DNA of 64,000 nucleotides from Tubiluchus corallicola. Taxonomy: Eukaryota; Animalia; Priapulida. Location: NCBI GenBank assembly GCA_030141605.1, contig JAQGDQ010000269.1, positions 62,001 through 126,000 of the forward strand, read 5' to 3'. The notes beneath the pieces were generated by a model, which worked only from the letters and a program-made list of their open reading frames with translations, was not told the origin of the DNA and searched no databases. Shown one piece after another: positions 20,401-33,000 of the stretch. The position numbers were made by a program, and so were the translations under genes. Numbering within the stretch: the stretch's first letter is position 1; the number at the start of each line of letters is the position of its first letter.

Positions 20401-23400
20401 GCTCAGTTCATGATATACATTCATTGACAGGGATATTCTTCAGCATAGTCTGGTACATCGGTTATTTTTGGAATTCTTACTACATGCTAACACTGAGAAG
20501 CTTAGGTCAGAGGTCGTCGAGGTGTTACGCGACTGTGCAGTACACATGATGCATACGCACGATGGAAGCAGAGTGGCCAGGCATTGTGTTTGGCATGGAA
20601 CTGCAAAGGTTAGTCTGGCACTATAATAAATGATGCTTCAGATTTGTGATGTGTGATAGTCTTAAATTGTCTACACTGTAAATCTCAGTAGTTGTGATTT
20701 GATCCACCATTATTAAAGAGTAGTGTAAACTGAAAAAAGTTTGAACTGAAAGTTTGTGAATTCAGCTTCAAAGCCTTGTTTGTGAAGTGATTTTTTCCAC
20801 CATTCCAAGCGAATTATATAGGTTAGCAATTACGCATTGTTTAACCTAATTGATTACTGACGGGACTATTGAATTACATAATTGTAAGCGAAACTAACAC
20901 TGTCGATAAAAGCAACACTGCTTCCGGCTGGGTGCTGATAACTTGCTTTCAACATTTGCATTTAAAAATTATTGAATTTAATGTTTAATCAATGAATCTA
21001 TGAAGACTTGCTGCTTAAAAAATGACAAAAGCAGATGGTATTTTTCATTTGCTGATAAGATTTGCTGGGACACAGCTAGCTATGGTCGTCTTCTAAAGGG
21101 TTCTCACCATCTGGTACTCACCATCAAACAAAGCTGACATGTCGCTCCCAGGAGCCGATAAACAACTTTTTTACTAATGTAATTTATCTGCCTGGAAATG
21201 ATTGCATAAAGCATTCCTCGCACTCTTCGCAAACGCTTTCATCATACATTAATTTTACTGTTTACAGTAGTGTATACCGTACCATATGTATCGCATCAGT
21301 ATTTTCAGAAATTACTGCTAATTAATGCTTGGTTGTTTCAAATGCTGTTAGCTAAATTTTAAATTAGCTAACATTTCTGTTTGTTTCAAAATGGAGTCAG
21401 TTCATAATGTTTCTGTTTCCTGTCAGTCATTATGACCACATTATGCATGATCTGTGACTTTGTTTACAATGCTGCAATGTCTCTGCCTATTAAAACTATT
21501 TCTGAACAAACAATTGATCTTGTGTAACTTCAACTCCTTAATGAAATATGAAGATGTCCTTTCCAGTTTCTAAGCATTGATTTATGTCCAAAGTTGTAAT
21601 GGTGACAAATTTTACTCCGTGTCAAGTAACTCCAGTTGTTTTCAGGTATGTCATGAAACCTGCCCTCAGGCTGAGCCACTTTTATCTCGCCTTCGCCTGT
21701 CTTTAATATTTTTACTCATGATATATTTTAGCGACATTTGCATAGCTTAAGCAAACTTATTGCCAATTCTTTAAATAAAGTAGAATAATTATATGTATCT
21801 TTTGTTTGTCAATAAAAATATTATTTAACAAATATCACTATTTTACTAGATATTTACTAAAAATAATGATATATCTTAAACAATATTTTTATTGACAAAA
21901 AAGAGATATACGTAGTTAATCTACTTTATTCAAAGAATTGACAACAATTTTACTTTAAGCTAAGTAAATGTCACCATGTACTATTTAAATTATCAATTCT
22001 AGCTTAGAGAACTTTGTTGAGAAACTGTTGTGCTCCCCCAAGAAAAAAGAAATTAGGTTCTTTTTTGGAAAACACGGGGAGTAAACAACGTATAAAAATA
22101 TACACAATAGAAAGTTAACACAATAGAATATTAATACAAAATTTATTAATGCGTTTCTTTTCATTTTTTTATCGTGCCTTTCAGGATCGAAAGTTACTTA
22201 TAAAAAGCATGAAGTCGCACGTACATCGGATATGCACAGACGAATACGCGCATTTAGTTTTATTATCTCTCTACGACTCCATGGATGACACCAAACTTGT
22301 AGAGAAAATTATATTGTCAGTAAGTGTCAGCAGCACTGCTGAAGTGGCTGTAGCATAAAGTAAATTTGTCGTAGTCTGAATGTTTCAAAAATTAACTGTT
22401 GTAGAGGTGATTTTTCAGTAACGATTCATAGTGATTGTACTCATTTGATGAATAGGCAAGCTCTAATACAGTCAAAAAAGTACCTGCAAATAAAAATTGT
22501 ATGTTTATCCTGTAAAAATGTAATTAACTTTTCGAAAATAGAATTAAAATGTTGACAACAGGCAAAGTTGCGGCAGTGTATTTAAGCACTTCGCACTGGT
22601 AAAGTGTGTCGATTTGTTTTCCATAGAATTTCAGTCAAGAAAATCATGACTGTTAAGTCAATAAAAATTCTGATGCCAAAGATTTTTAAAATAATTATGG
22701 TCATAGTTTCATAGTTAACTGATTGTGTCAGTGAGGCTGAAATTTTATTAATTTTCCTGTGGTGGTTCATGGCACCTTATAGGTATGTGCATTTTCATGT
22801 GAGTAAAGTGTGCCTGCCTTAGGTTTGATACTTGTTCTGGGTGGTATCATCCACAAACTTTGGCGCTGCCTACCTCGTAGAGGTAGGATGTATATACTGT
22901 GAACTTGACTGAGACACCTTTACTGGTTCAGTGGCTCGTCTGAGAGGGATACATTTGATGATGAGCTGAGCACAATCTTTGAATGCTGCCACTCCACAAA
23001 TATCGCATTGAGTAGGGCCTGTCCTTCAATGTTGTATTCCGGCTTGCAGAGTACCAAAGTTTACATACGTAAAAGTAAACTGGCAAGTAAAGCATTTGCA
23101 ATGAAAATTTATAATGTCCTTCATCAACACTTTATTTTTGCTGTAAGTTTTTCTCGCATGTGTGAACTTTTTGTATTCGTTTGTTTATTTAGGAAATGTT
23201 CAAATCATTAAAAGACATTGCCTTGCATCCAGTTGGACGTAAAGTTGTGCTGTATTTATTGTCGCGAAGAGATCCACTGTTCTTTCATCCAGACGTTGTC
23301 CGAAATTTAGCCGAAGGTGACAGTATTAAGACGAGGTAAAACCTGTTTTATTATGTTATGTAATTATGGTTATAGATGGTTCAAAATTTGACAACTGTCA

Positions 23401-26400
23401 GAAAATGGCCCCATTATCTGTGATTTTCTGCATCTTTTTGCATTGTTATTAGTGTAAGTGAGCATTTTATACCATATGCCGTAAACTAGTGAAAAGGATG
23501 TGCAAAACTGTAGGGAGGTGAGCATACACTACCAGAATTTGAAATTAAATCGAATTTTTGGCTTTTGAGCTAATTGAATAAAATCTATTTTGAATTGAAA
23601 CCATTTTTTACATATTTCACAGTACACAGTATGCAGTTCACACCCCTAGAGTGAACAGAACAGCCATTTTAATGTTTTGGGGGTTCTCACAGTGTGCATT
23701 TCACCCCTAGTGAACAGAACAGCCATTTTATAGTTTTGGGGGTCCTCACAGTATGCAGTTCACCTCTAGTGAATGGCCGTTTTAAACATTTTTGGGGTCC
23801 TGAAAGTATGCAGTCCTGTTTATATATATATTGATAGTCATGCATTAATACTTGTGACATGGTCCTGCTGCGTATTTTTTCCTTGTGCTCTTGTACCCTT
23901 GCAAAGAAGTAAGAAAAAAATGTATCTAATGGTAACTGCTAAATAAGTCAAGGTTACTGGTATTTGTTACTTCTAATGTTATACTTTTTTCATATACTGT
24001 TTTTTTCTACATCTCTACTCATCTACATTTTTTCTCTAGAATTCTCCTATATTTTACATCGACTTTCATTTACTTTAGCTGTACTTATTCAAAAATTAGC
24101 ATTGTTTAAGTTTTTGCAAACATGTTGATAATTTGCTGCGTAATGATGTTAATCACTTTTCAGTAAAAAGGATGCTCACATTAGAGAAAGAGAACTGCGT
24201 GAAGCCATCTCACCTCCTGCACTTTCGCTAATAGAGGAGCACACAAAAGACATGGTGCTAAACAAGTCAGCTTGTTTACTATCTCTTGCTATTCTCCAGC
24301 ATGCCATTGGTAGGTTGAAAGTGTAAGATTAGTGAATTTTCATATGCAGCTCAACTATTCACTTCAGAATTTCATGTCACCAAGTGTAGTTTTACTGTAA
24401 GTTTTGCATTATATATAGCTGTTGTGGAGATCCATTAGAATTGAATAGAAAGTTGTAGAATGTTCTAGAGAATAGTAGAACAATCTTTTTACCTTGTGTA
24501 CATGCACTGCGAATGTTTATTGTAAGGATAGAAGCAATCGTAGATTCTAGAACCTTCTAGTTGGTACGCTGTGCTCGTAGTGGTTTTTAGATTGTTCTGG
24601 TGTTGTCCATTTGCTCTGATATATAGGGCGGAGCTGGCCGCTCATTATTATTCTCAGATTCACACATTCTCCCATTCCTGCTTCCAGTTTATCGTATGCA
24701 ATTTTTCTATCACTTGACTGTACATATTTTGAGTTCCTTCATACTTTGTGTTGTAGAATTCTCACACAACAAATCTGTTTGATTTGACAACATGTTTTCT
24801 TGTTTTCTCTACAAGCCGTCTGAGAGAAAGAAACACAACATAACAATAGCGCCACGTAAAACTTGAAAATCTGAACTCGCATGTTGATGACTTCTTATAT
24901 AAATGCCATGACGTAGCATAGCTATATTACTGTCAATGACAAAGCATTGCTGTTTTACTTAGTTGCTAATAAGCTATCTGCAGCAGTCTTAATTAGTTTA
25001 TAGAAGTTTCTAAAGGCCTACGTAACAGACATTGAAATTTTTTAACGCATTATTATGATTACACAAAAAATTCATAGTTATTATTAAACAAAAGAGACAA
25101 AAATTAAATAACTTATGTTTTTCTGGGGAATTACGAATGTATGCATTAACGTATAGATCACCACATCTTTGGCGCGAGTGAGCAAGAATGATGTAGGCGG
25201 TACAGAAAGTGTCTTTGGTTACCGATGTTTGTTTACCGATCTTTAGTGACCTCGTGACTGTACGCATAAACATCATTCGTCTCGCACAACGAAAATGGAC
25301 GTTCTTCAAATTTTGTACTGTTCATAACAAAGTGATAAAAAGTCAAAAGAAATAAGTTTTACAATGAGTTTACAATAAAATAAATTGAATATTCGTAATG
25401 AGAGTAGGATTTTGTTGTAAAAGCTTATATTATAGTGAGGATTTAGTTGGACTTTAATATTGTAAATAAGTCTCATATGTCTCTAATGAAAACTTTCATT
25501 ATGTTTTCAGGAGATCAAAGTAAAGCATTAACAGCCATTGCTATGTTATGTGCAGAACAGTTTGTCTCTAGTGGCAGTGTTGAAATGCATCATATAGTTG
25601 AACACGTTGCTGGACATTTACTATTGAAGAAACTCATTCAGTCTGATGAAATACGCAAGCAAAATAACCAACGTAAGTTATTTATTCATTTATTTACCAT
25701 TTATTTGTACATGCTTGGTGCAAACATTACAATCATGTCAGTGAATTAATGCAAAAAAATACAACATTAGCCTTATTAAAACACACTCATTATAACTTAC
25801 AAGATACAAAAAGAAGAATGGGCACGATTATTCTGAAGGAGAAGCCTCAAGAAGCCAATTCAAACCATGAGAAGTTTATATAAAGTGCTATAGCAAAAAA
25901 TTGATGGAGTAACTTTGGCAATTGCAATTTCGATTCTCCAACACCTAATAGAGAATAAAATTGTTAGTACATGGAAATCAGACAGTAGTTATATATTCAA
26001 GTATATTGGTCAGTTCTATGTTACTTAAAAAGCTGAAGTTGTTATTTTCATTGTTATCTAAAAGGCCTAATAAAAACTGTACGGTATTCATTTTAACAGT
26101 ATCAAGACTTTGTATTTGCATTTACTGATGTATTATAAATATTTTTAAAAGTTTGCTCATATCCAACATATCAGAACTAGAGTGGTTATACAAGTTTTTA
26201 ACAAACTGTAAATTAGATCCTAGAATGGAATAAACAGACAGGCTTAGCATTACGATCAGAGAAGCTGATGCCCTTGAGCAGTGTCACATTTGTCTTTTCT
26301 TTAAAAACAGAAAGGAAAGGGTACAGTCAAGCTTCTGACTTCTGCTAGGATCTTTGTCTGGTAGAGCAGGTACATGGAGTTTTCCATATACTTTCTCTGT

Positions 26401-28876
26401 ACACTTTCTTTTTTAGAATTTTCCTGTATTTTTACACCCACTTTTGTTTACTTTAACCATACACTTATTCAAAATTTAGCAATGTTTATGCTTTTGCAAA
26501 TGTGTTGATAACTTGTGGGTTTAATATGTTAATCACTTGCTCTGACACACAAAGTTTTAAGCTGCGTTATTTGACAGTATATATGATGACAGGTAGTTAT
26601 CGACTTGTGACCGCAGTCGGTTCTGACTGATTGGTTGTAAGATGAATTGGATGCAAGTCAGACCCATATATTAAAGCAGTCACTAAATGTAACACATCGA
26701 ATGTGCACACATGTTAAGTACGGTAGCGCCTACAGATGAATTTATCGAAGATAGCGATTTAAAATTAATTTGTTTAAAAAATAGAAGGAACATTGAATTA
26801 TAGTCAGTTTTGTAGAACCAATTAATTAAGTTGTGCTTGGGTCATAAAATCGAACAGTCGTAAGTCAATGTGTATTTGTAATTGACATACCCTTGTCGTA
26901 TTCAGTATTCATCCATTATTGGTCATTATTGTACTTGCTTAATCTTGTACATTATATTTTGCCAATCAAATGTTATTAGTATGTTTTTCCCTGCATGTTT
27001 CCTCCACTCGGCATTTTATTTTATCATATTTAGAACTAGTAATTTCAAGGTGAATTGTTGTATTCATATCACTCTGTTAAGCAAATAATAACATTGCCAT
27101 TCCACTTGTAATGTATAGAAAAGCAAAGCATTAGTACACATTATGCACTAGTGCTATTTCAGGCCCATGTGTTTTGGACATTTTGTGAGTATTATGGTGT
27201 ACATTGTGATATGGACGCAATCAGATGGTGTACATTGTGATATGGACACAATCAGTGCAAATTAATTGCCAAAACATATTATTTAATTATATTTTTTGTA
27301 ATTTAAAATTTTATTGAAATAGCTTATAATAAAGAGCCATTTTTGGAACATTGTTTTGATTATATGCTCTTATGTTTAAGTTAAAACGTTTTGAAAAAAT
27401 TTCACAACTTAGCTGCTTAATTCGAGATATTCTCAGCAAGAGTTTTTATTCCAGTTTCATTTGCCGAGTTGCTGTTGGAACACCTACCAGAGGGGGCACT
27501 GAAGTCATGGCTTACGTGTAACAGAGGAGCGTTCGTCGTCATAGCGTACGTCTTATTTGTAACACTTTTGCATCTGCTTATTGTAAACTGGAAAAAAGTT
27601 GTAGCTGAATTTTTGCAAACTGAGCTTTAAAACTGATATTTTTGCAAGTCCACTTTAAATGAATAATACACGTTTGATAGAAATTTCTGGTTTCATTTCA
27701 TTTCTTTCAATCACGTTTAACTAGTTACGGGTGAATGTATCTCAATATTTACAATCGTATATCTGCGAGTATCAGTCTCTGTTATCATTGCGCGGTTTTA
27801 AAATAAACCTTGAACAGTTGTGTGGCTAGAAGTTTATATAAACTTTTCCGAGAGCGTGCGGCTTTGCAACATGTGGCTGTTGTTTGTCGTCAACGTTTAT
27901 GTCTGCGAGCCTGCTTAGATTACCAAGTGTTATTCAAGTTAGCGAAGTTTGAGTAAGCATCGTGAGTCCAGTGCAAAAATTAACACATCGTCTATTCTTT
28001 TTAATGTATAAATAAACAATAGAATTTTATTTTTACTGTATACACAATGTTTTGAGATGAGATACATTGGTTCTTAAGGGTCTTGTAACACCTGAAACTT
28101 TTGAGCACATTGTGGCAATATTTTGGAAATGATATACTTGCAACATTGTAAGAGAAAAAACACTGTCACTGGCAGTTTGACTAACTGACTCACATTCTTA
28201 TGTACAATTTTGTGATATGATTTGTTATTATATTATTACAATGGCAATATGCCATTTATTTTAATCCGCTACCTCTATATTGTGATGTTTCATTCTATTA
28301 CGAAGCCATTGCATATCAGGTCTAAAACGAATAATATGGAATGGCCTCATTGATTCAGCAGGCAAATGGACGGGTGTATGTGCCATCTAAGTACCTGTTC
28401 TGTAGTTCAACTAGCATGGAAGATGCAAGATAAGTTACTGGCAGTCTTTTAGCATTAATTTCTCTGTTTCGACGTCCATCTTTCTACAAAATACTAGCTA
28501 AAACACATTTCTGTATCACGGCAAAATTCGGCATTTAACCAGGATCTCATGGCCTCCGGAAAGTCTGCGTTCGAACCGACCAGGAATAGTGTCTACCAAC
28601 CCCTGTTTGAAAACAGGCGTTAGAGTACTTTTTGTATACGTAATGCATAAATTGTGCTGTTCTTATATTATGGAATTTAAATGTATTATTGTATCATGAT
28701 AAACTTGAAAGTCTTCAACCTTTTTGACATTCAGAAAATTGTATTTTTTTAGGTTACTGGAGACAGAAAATGCTAAAGTGGTCGATGAGGTAAAACAACA
28801 TTTAAAAGGCAGTAAAAAGCTCTTGGCAAGGCAGGAAACCAAGGGAGCAAAAATACTTCTGGAAAAACTGAAGTGA
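11421..28876 (+). CDS. PUM3: Pumilio homolog 3 (Puf-A/penguin/KIAA0020), nucleolar PUF protein (15 exons, about 665 aa)
   Basis: Exons 11421-11678, 11903-12008, 13638-13773, 15364-15439, 16475-16568, 16994-17106, 17942-18070, 18679-18785, 20431-20608, 22185-22319, 23193-23335, 24164-24309, 25511-25672, 27455-27545, 28753-28876. Phases are compatible and total 1998 nt. Lys-rich N-terminus; motifs KKIWEELR, IFAHDTVRV, SKYAKFFVKK.IKYG, HTHDGSRVA..CVWHGTAKDRK..IKSMK, DDTKLVEK, W..CNRGAFV and C-terminal KGAKILLEKL. Confidence 0.92.
12513..12800 (+). repeat. 31-bp tandem repeat, about 9 copies
   Basis: Unit GATATGCTAACCCCTGTAGGCCTGGTAAAAT, nearly identical copies, in PUM3 intron 2. Confidence 0.95.
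13965..14100 (+). mobile_element. tRNA-derived SINE-like fragment
   Basis: B-box-like gagtttgatac followed by ggtcataccatagactttgaaaatggtgcctgctg...gcatggcac, resembling the central region of widespread metazoan SINEs (from memory, not searched). Confidence 0.5.
15818..16359. mobile_element. Non-autonomous DNA element with internal GGAACTAGTTCCAGTTC repeats
   Basis: Ends aaggttgcaaaag...ctttacaaccctg form an imperfect TIR; internal 78-bp tandem duplication at about 15885-16040. A related copy lies at about 18891-19821. Confidence 0.6.
23620..23815 (+). repeat. About 60-bp degenerate tandem repeat, about 3 copies
   Basis: cacagtatgcagttcac...ctag..tgaacagaacagccatttt...ttttgggg repeated. Confidence 0.75.
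24420..24845 (+). mobile_element. Solo LTR of an LTR retrotransposon
   Basis: Begins TGTTGT and ends ATAACA (TG..CA rule). Flanked by the 5-bp direct repeat ATAGC (24415-24419 and 24846-24850). Internal TATA-like tatatag at about 24620 and short agaa..ttctag repeats. Confidence 0.7.
25011..25457 (+). mobile_element. Dispersed repeat family B, copy 1 (TTAA-flanked, Kolobok/piggyBac-like non-autonomous element)
   Basis: taaaggccta...gacattgaa..tttt..aa.gcattattatgattacacaaa...aataaattgaatattcgtaat...ggactttaa; homologous to about 54205-54603 and 57680-58105. Confidence 0.7.
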
Positions 28877-29290
28877 AATAGAAGTGAACTTTCAGAAAAG
28901 TTGGAATGAATTAGAAATTTTTGGAAAGTTGGATTGAAGCATTTGCAAATGAACTGTTTTGACCAAAATATAAGCGAACTTTTAGAAAACAAAGTGAAAT
29001 AGAAATGAATTTTTGGAAACTCGAAAATGGACATGACATGAAAATGAAATTTCTGAAACGTTGAGGATTTTCTAAAGCCAACTGCTTCAGTGTGAACAGG
29101 GATGACAAACAATGTCACTGCAAATGAACTGTTGTGAGCAAAATACAAGCGAACTTTTAGAAAAACTGAAGTGAAATAGAATTGAATTTTTGGAAACTGT
29201 AAAATGGACACGGCATGAAAATGAAATTTCGGAAAAGTTGAAGTTTTTCTAAAGCCAATTGCTTCAGTGTGAACAGGGGTGATAAACACT
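28858..29290 (+). repeat. 175-bp tandem duplication spanning the PUM3 stop codon and 3' UTR
   Basis: gcaaatgaactgtt at 28945 and 29120; gaaaaactgaagtgaaatagaa (CDS end plus stop) recurs at about 28985 (variant) and 29160. Confidence 0.85.
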
Positions 29291-30021
29291 GCCAGCTCAC
29301 ATCATTTTCATTCCATTTTCACAGCTTTCTTATGTAAGAAAATTTTAAAGCAAATAAAAAGTATCTGAAGTTCCACTAAAGCACAGTGGTAACAAGTTTT
29401 CAAAACTTTTATCTTTTCGTCAAACGAATTAGAGAGATTATATAAAAGAAATTTACAATCATTGTATATCGGATAGAATTAATTTAGAATTTAGAAAAAT
29501 AAAGTTTTTATATATCACCAAAATTAAAATCAAGTCCTGCATTTCTGTGCAACACATTGGATGTATTCAAGATGATATAATAGTGAACAATGTACATTAT
29601 GCTTAACACTTAATCAACGATGTAGGTAAACGATGATGATAAATTAATACTTACGCAACACAATCCTGTATTTACCTAATTATAATATCAAATATATATA
29701 AAACTCCATCAAACGAATTTAATATTGTGTCACAAATGCTATAAGCATGACTAAGTAAGCATTTACAAAAAGCAATTCCTATAATTACAAAGCCCAAGAG
29801 TTATATTAGTGTTTTAATGGATTCACTGTATGGCAACTAAAACAGTTGCAGTAAACCAATTTTTAATGCTTATTTTCTTTACTATACTGATCCTTGACAT
29901 GCAGCTTTTTAAAGGAGCTGTGACCTAATATTGGCAAGTGAAGTTGATTACTAAAGCAATACGGTTAGCTTCGAGAGTGCAATGGTACCCTGTTTCATTG
30001 TCGCTTATCCTAGAGAGTAGT

Positions 30022-33000
30022 CTAGATGTCATCGGGCAGGTACGCAAACTGATCAGTATCTTCACTGCAACGAAAAAACATTAACTGAAATAAAATTCAC
30101 TGTTGATGTTGTTAACTATGTGAGATGAACCAACAGGTCCCTTTGGAATGCTACTTGCATAGGGAATTATCTTAATAAATCAGACAGAGGCACCCCCATC
30201 CAGTTACTCATCAAATACAATATTGCCTTACTTTGGGAACTCATCACAAACATTAGCAAGTCCGATTGTTGTCAGCATTTTACTTAGATGTTGATTATGT
30301 TAGTACTTAATTCTTGAATATGCATTAACAGAGTTTAAACAATGTTATTAATTTTTTTACAAAATATTTGGATGTGAAACGAAAACAAAATAAAGCACTT
30401 TGAAAAATGCACGAAGGAACTAAAAAGTGCCAATTTTGAAAAATGCGCTTGGGGGAGCGGCTGCTCCCTGTGCACCCCAATTAGCTATGCCACTGTCTGT
30501 GCTTTGACAAGAGTACATACATGCAGAGAAGATGCAATTAACTACAGTGAGCTATAAAAAAAATTATTGCTTTGATTAAGAGCGAGTTTTACGGATTTTT
30601 AATCAGTCTTGTCAACATGGAATCGTAAAACTGTGTGAAAAAAGTAAAAACAGATCACAAAATATACTCACTCCATATTCCAGATATTTCGTCTGCGGTG
30701 CCTGTGAAACTTCCTGATAACCACAATAATTAGGACAGTTATGGTTATAAATGCTACCATACCACAAATAACACCTGCAATAATTACCACGAACTTATAT
30801 ATATACACACACACAACCTCAATTAACAGTAATGAGCATATTTAAAATAAACTACTTTAAAAATGCTAATTACAAATATCCTCCACGTATTAAATTTTTA
30901 ACTGCCATGGAAAAAATTAAACACAATCCAAGTTAAAATATGGGAGAGCTCTAATGAGACATGTCATCTTTAACATAAAAAACGTAATGGCCTTTATAAT
31001 CTCGATGGTTATATATTACATTATATGATTATTCGTTACACAACCACTTGCTCAGTGTTTATAAACTGCCAAATTTTGTAAACCTTACTCTAAGGTTAGC
31101 AGTATAGTCTATTCAGGTATGCTAATTTATTCTTTTTACTTTCTTAAATTAATTCACTTTATTCTGGCAACAGCAATTGCATAGTTTTGAGTTTTTTCGT
31201 ATGCAGTCATTTTTACTACTTCTCTAACTTATTATATTTCAAATCAATGATGTTTAGCTAGTATTTTTGCTTGTAATTTTCTTGTTTTACACTGGTACAT
31301 ACTGCTTTAACATTTTATCTACAATTTTCAGCTGATGATGCCAACTAGGGTGAAAGCTTCAGAAATAATATATAATTGTTAAGACTATAAATGGCATTAC
31401 ATTTTTTATGTTAATAATCCAGGTTCATTAGTTTTTAATATTTCTTGTACACTACTTAATATACAAATAAGCAACAAGACATGTTCCACAGCAGGAAGGG
31501 TTGCTACTTCAACATACGTGATAAATTTAGGTAGATGACGCTGAGCTAAACACGGGCCTCTGTAAAGTTTTTGCTCTCCATTCTCACAAACACTAGCATT
31601 TTCCTATCATTAAGTAGCTTTAGTATTACCTGCTACTTGTGCAAATAGGGCTAATGCAATTCACTTTCTGAAACAACTAGTGTCCTGTACAACCAGGTTT
31701 AGCAATCAACAGGAAAGAATTGTACTTCAAAGACAATTCACTGAAATGTGTCTGACCATAAAATTACCTAAAGCAACGTCTCCAGCGTGACCTCGCGATT
31801 CTGCTATCTTAATGTCCGACACGCTCTCACCATTAGCAGTAGAATTTAAGTGGCTGGAATAATCACGAACCTTATCTACAAACAATCACACTTGTGTTAG
31901 GGATAAATAATAAGAATTAACATCAGGAGTGAAATGGTTTTAAGAGTGGTATGCTGCAAAAATCATTACATTTTCATTACTTAAAACCTTGGTGGTTGTA
32001 ATCAGCATCTAAAATGTTGGTTATAGCTACAAATGGTAAGGGATTTTTTACAAATTATCAATCACAAATGCAGGTTGTATTTAAACAGCATTATATCCAG
32101 TGGCGGCTCATACCTAAATTTAACGGGGGTGCTGGTTCAGAAAATTTTTAGCCATTGTTTTTTTTGCTTACTAATAGCCTAAATTGTTGCAGTTCAAGCT
32201 TGCTCCATTAATGGTAAGCACGTGGCAAATGACAACAAACTGTGTGAGTGACAGTACTTTCTCTACCTGGGCTGAGACGTGCGCATGGCCGCATGCGCAC
32301 AACAGCCAAACACCGCACTGCTGGAGCGTACTGTGCTGGGCTGTGAAGCAAACAGTACTACGATCACGTACCATGGTTCCGTACAAGTATAAAGAACTAA
32401 AAAAAGACTTATTATTTTGAATATTATTGATAATATCGAGTGAAAATTGGGGGTGCTGCAGTTCTACAGTACCTATACACGAGCCGCCACTGATTATATC
32501 ATTATAATTACATGTTGAATTACAGTCACATTTCAATAGCTGTGCTTGCATATTGTATATGATTTTCACCTTTCAAGAGATAGAAATAATGTAGCACATT
32601 CTTTAAATAGAAATTTCTCTTAAATAGAAATCGGTCCTGTAATTGCCGTTTCTTGGAAGCTGACAATCATATACATGTACAAATAAAGCACATCTCAAAT
32701 AATTTCATGTCAGAAAAAAGTGTGTATCATTACATTAAAATCATGGCATTTCATTGTTGCATTTTATTTCATTGCATTAAGATAAAGTTTGTTTTGAATG
32801 TCATTATTTTTAAAATTTAAATAAAATATCAACTCACGAAACTAAGTTTGACGCCACCAATAAGTAAGTAAATTTGTACACTTGGGAATCAGATTGCCAT
32901 GTGGTTCAAGTCACAAAACAAACCACATGGCAATTTCGTTGCTTAGTGCATAATTAATGCAAATTTTGGTGCCATCAAACTCGTTTCATAAGTCTACTGG

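Noticed and set aside
28663-29289. 208-aa minus-strand ORF
   Set aside because: Antisense to the PUM3 last exon and its tandemly duplicated 3' UTR.
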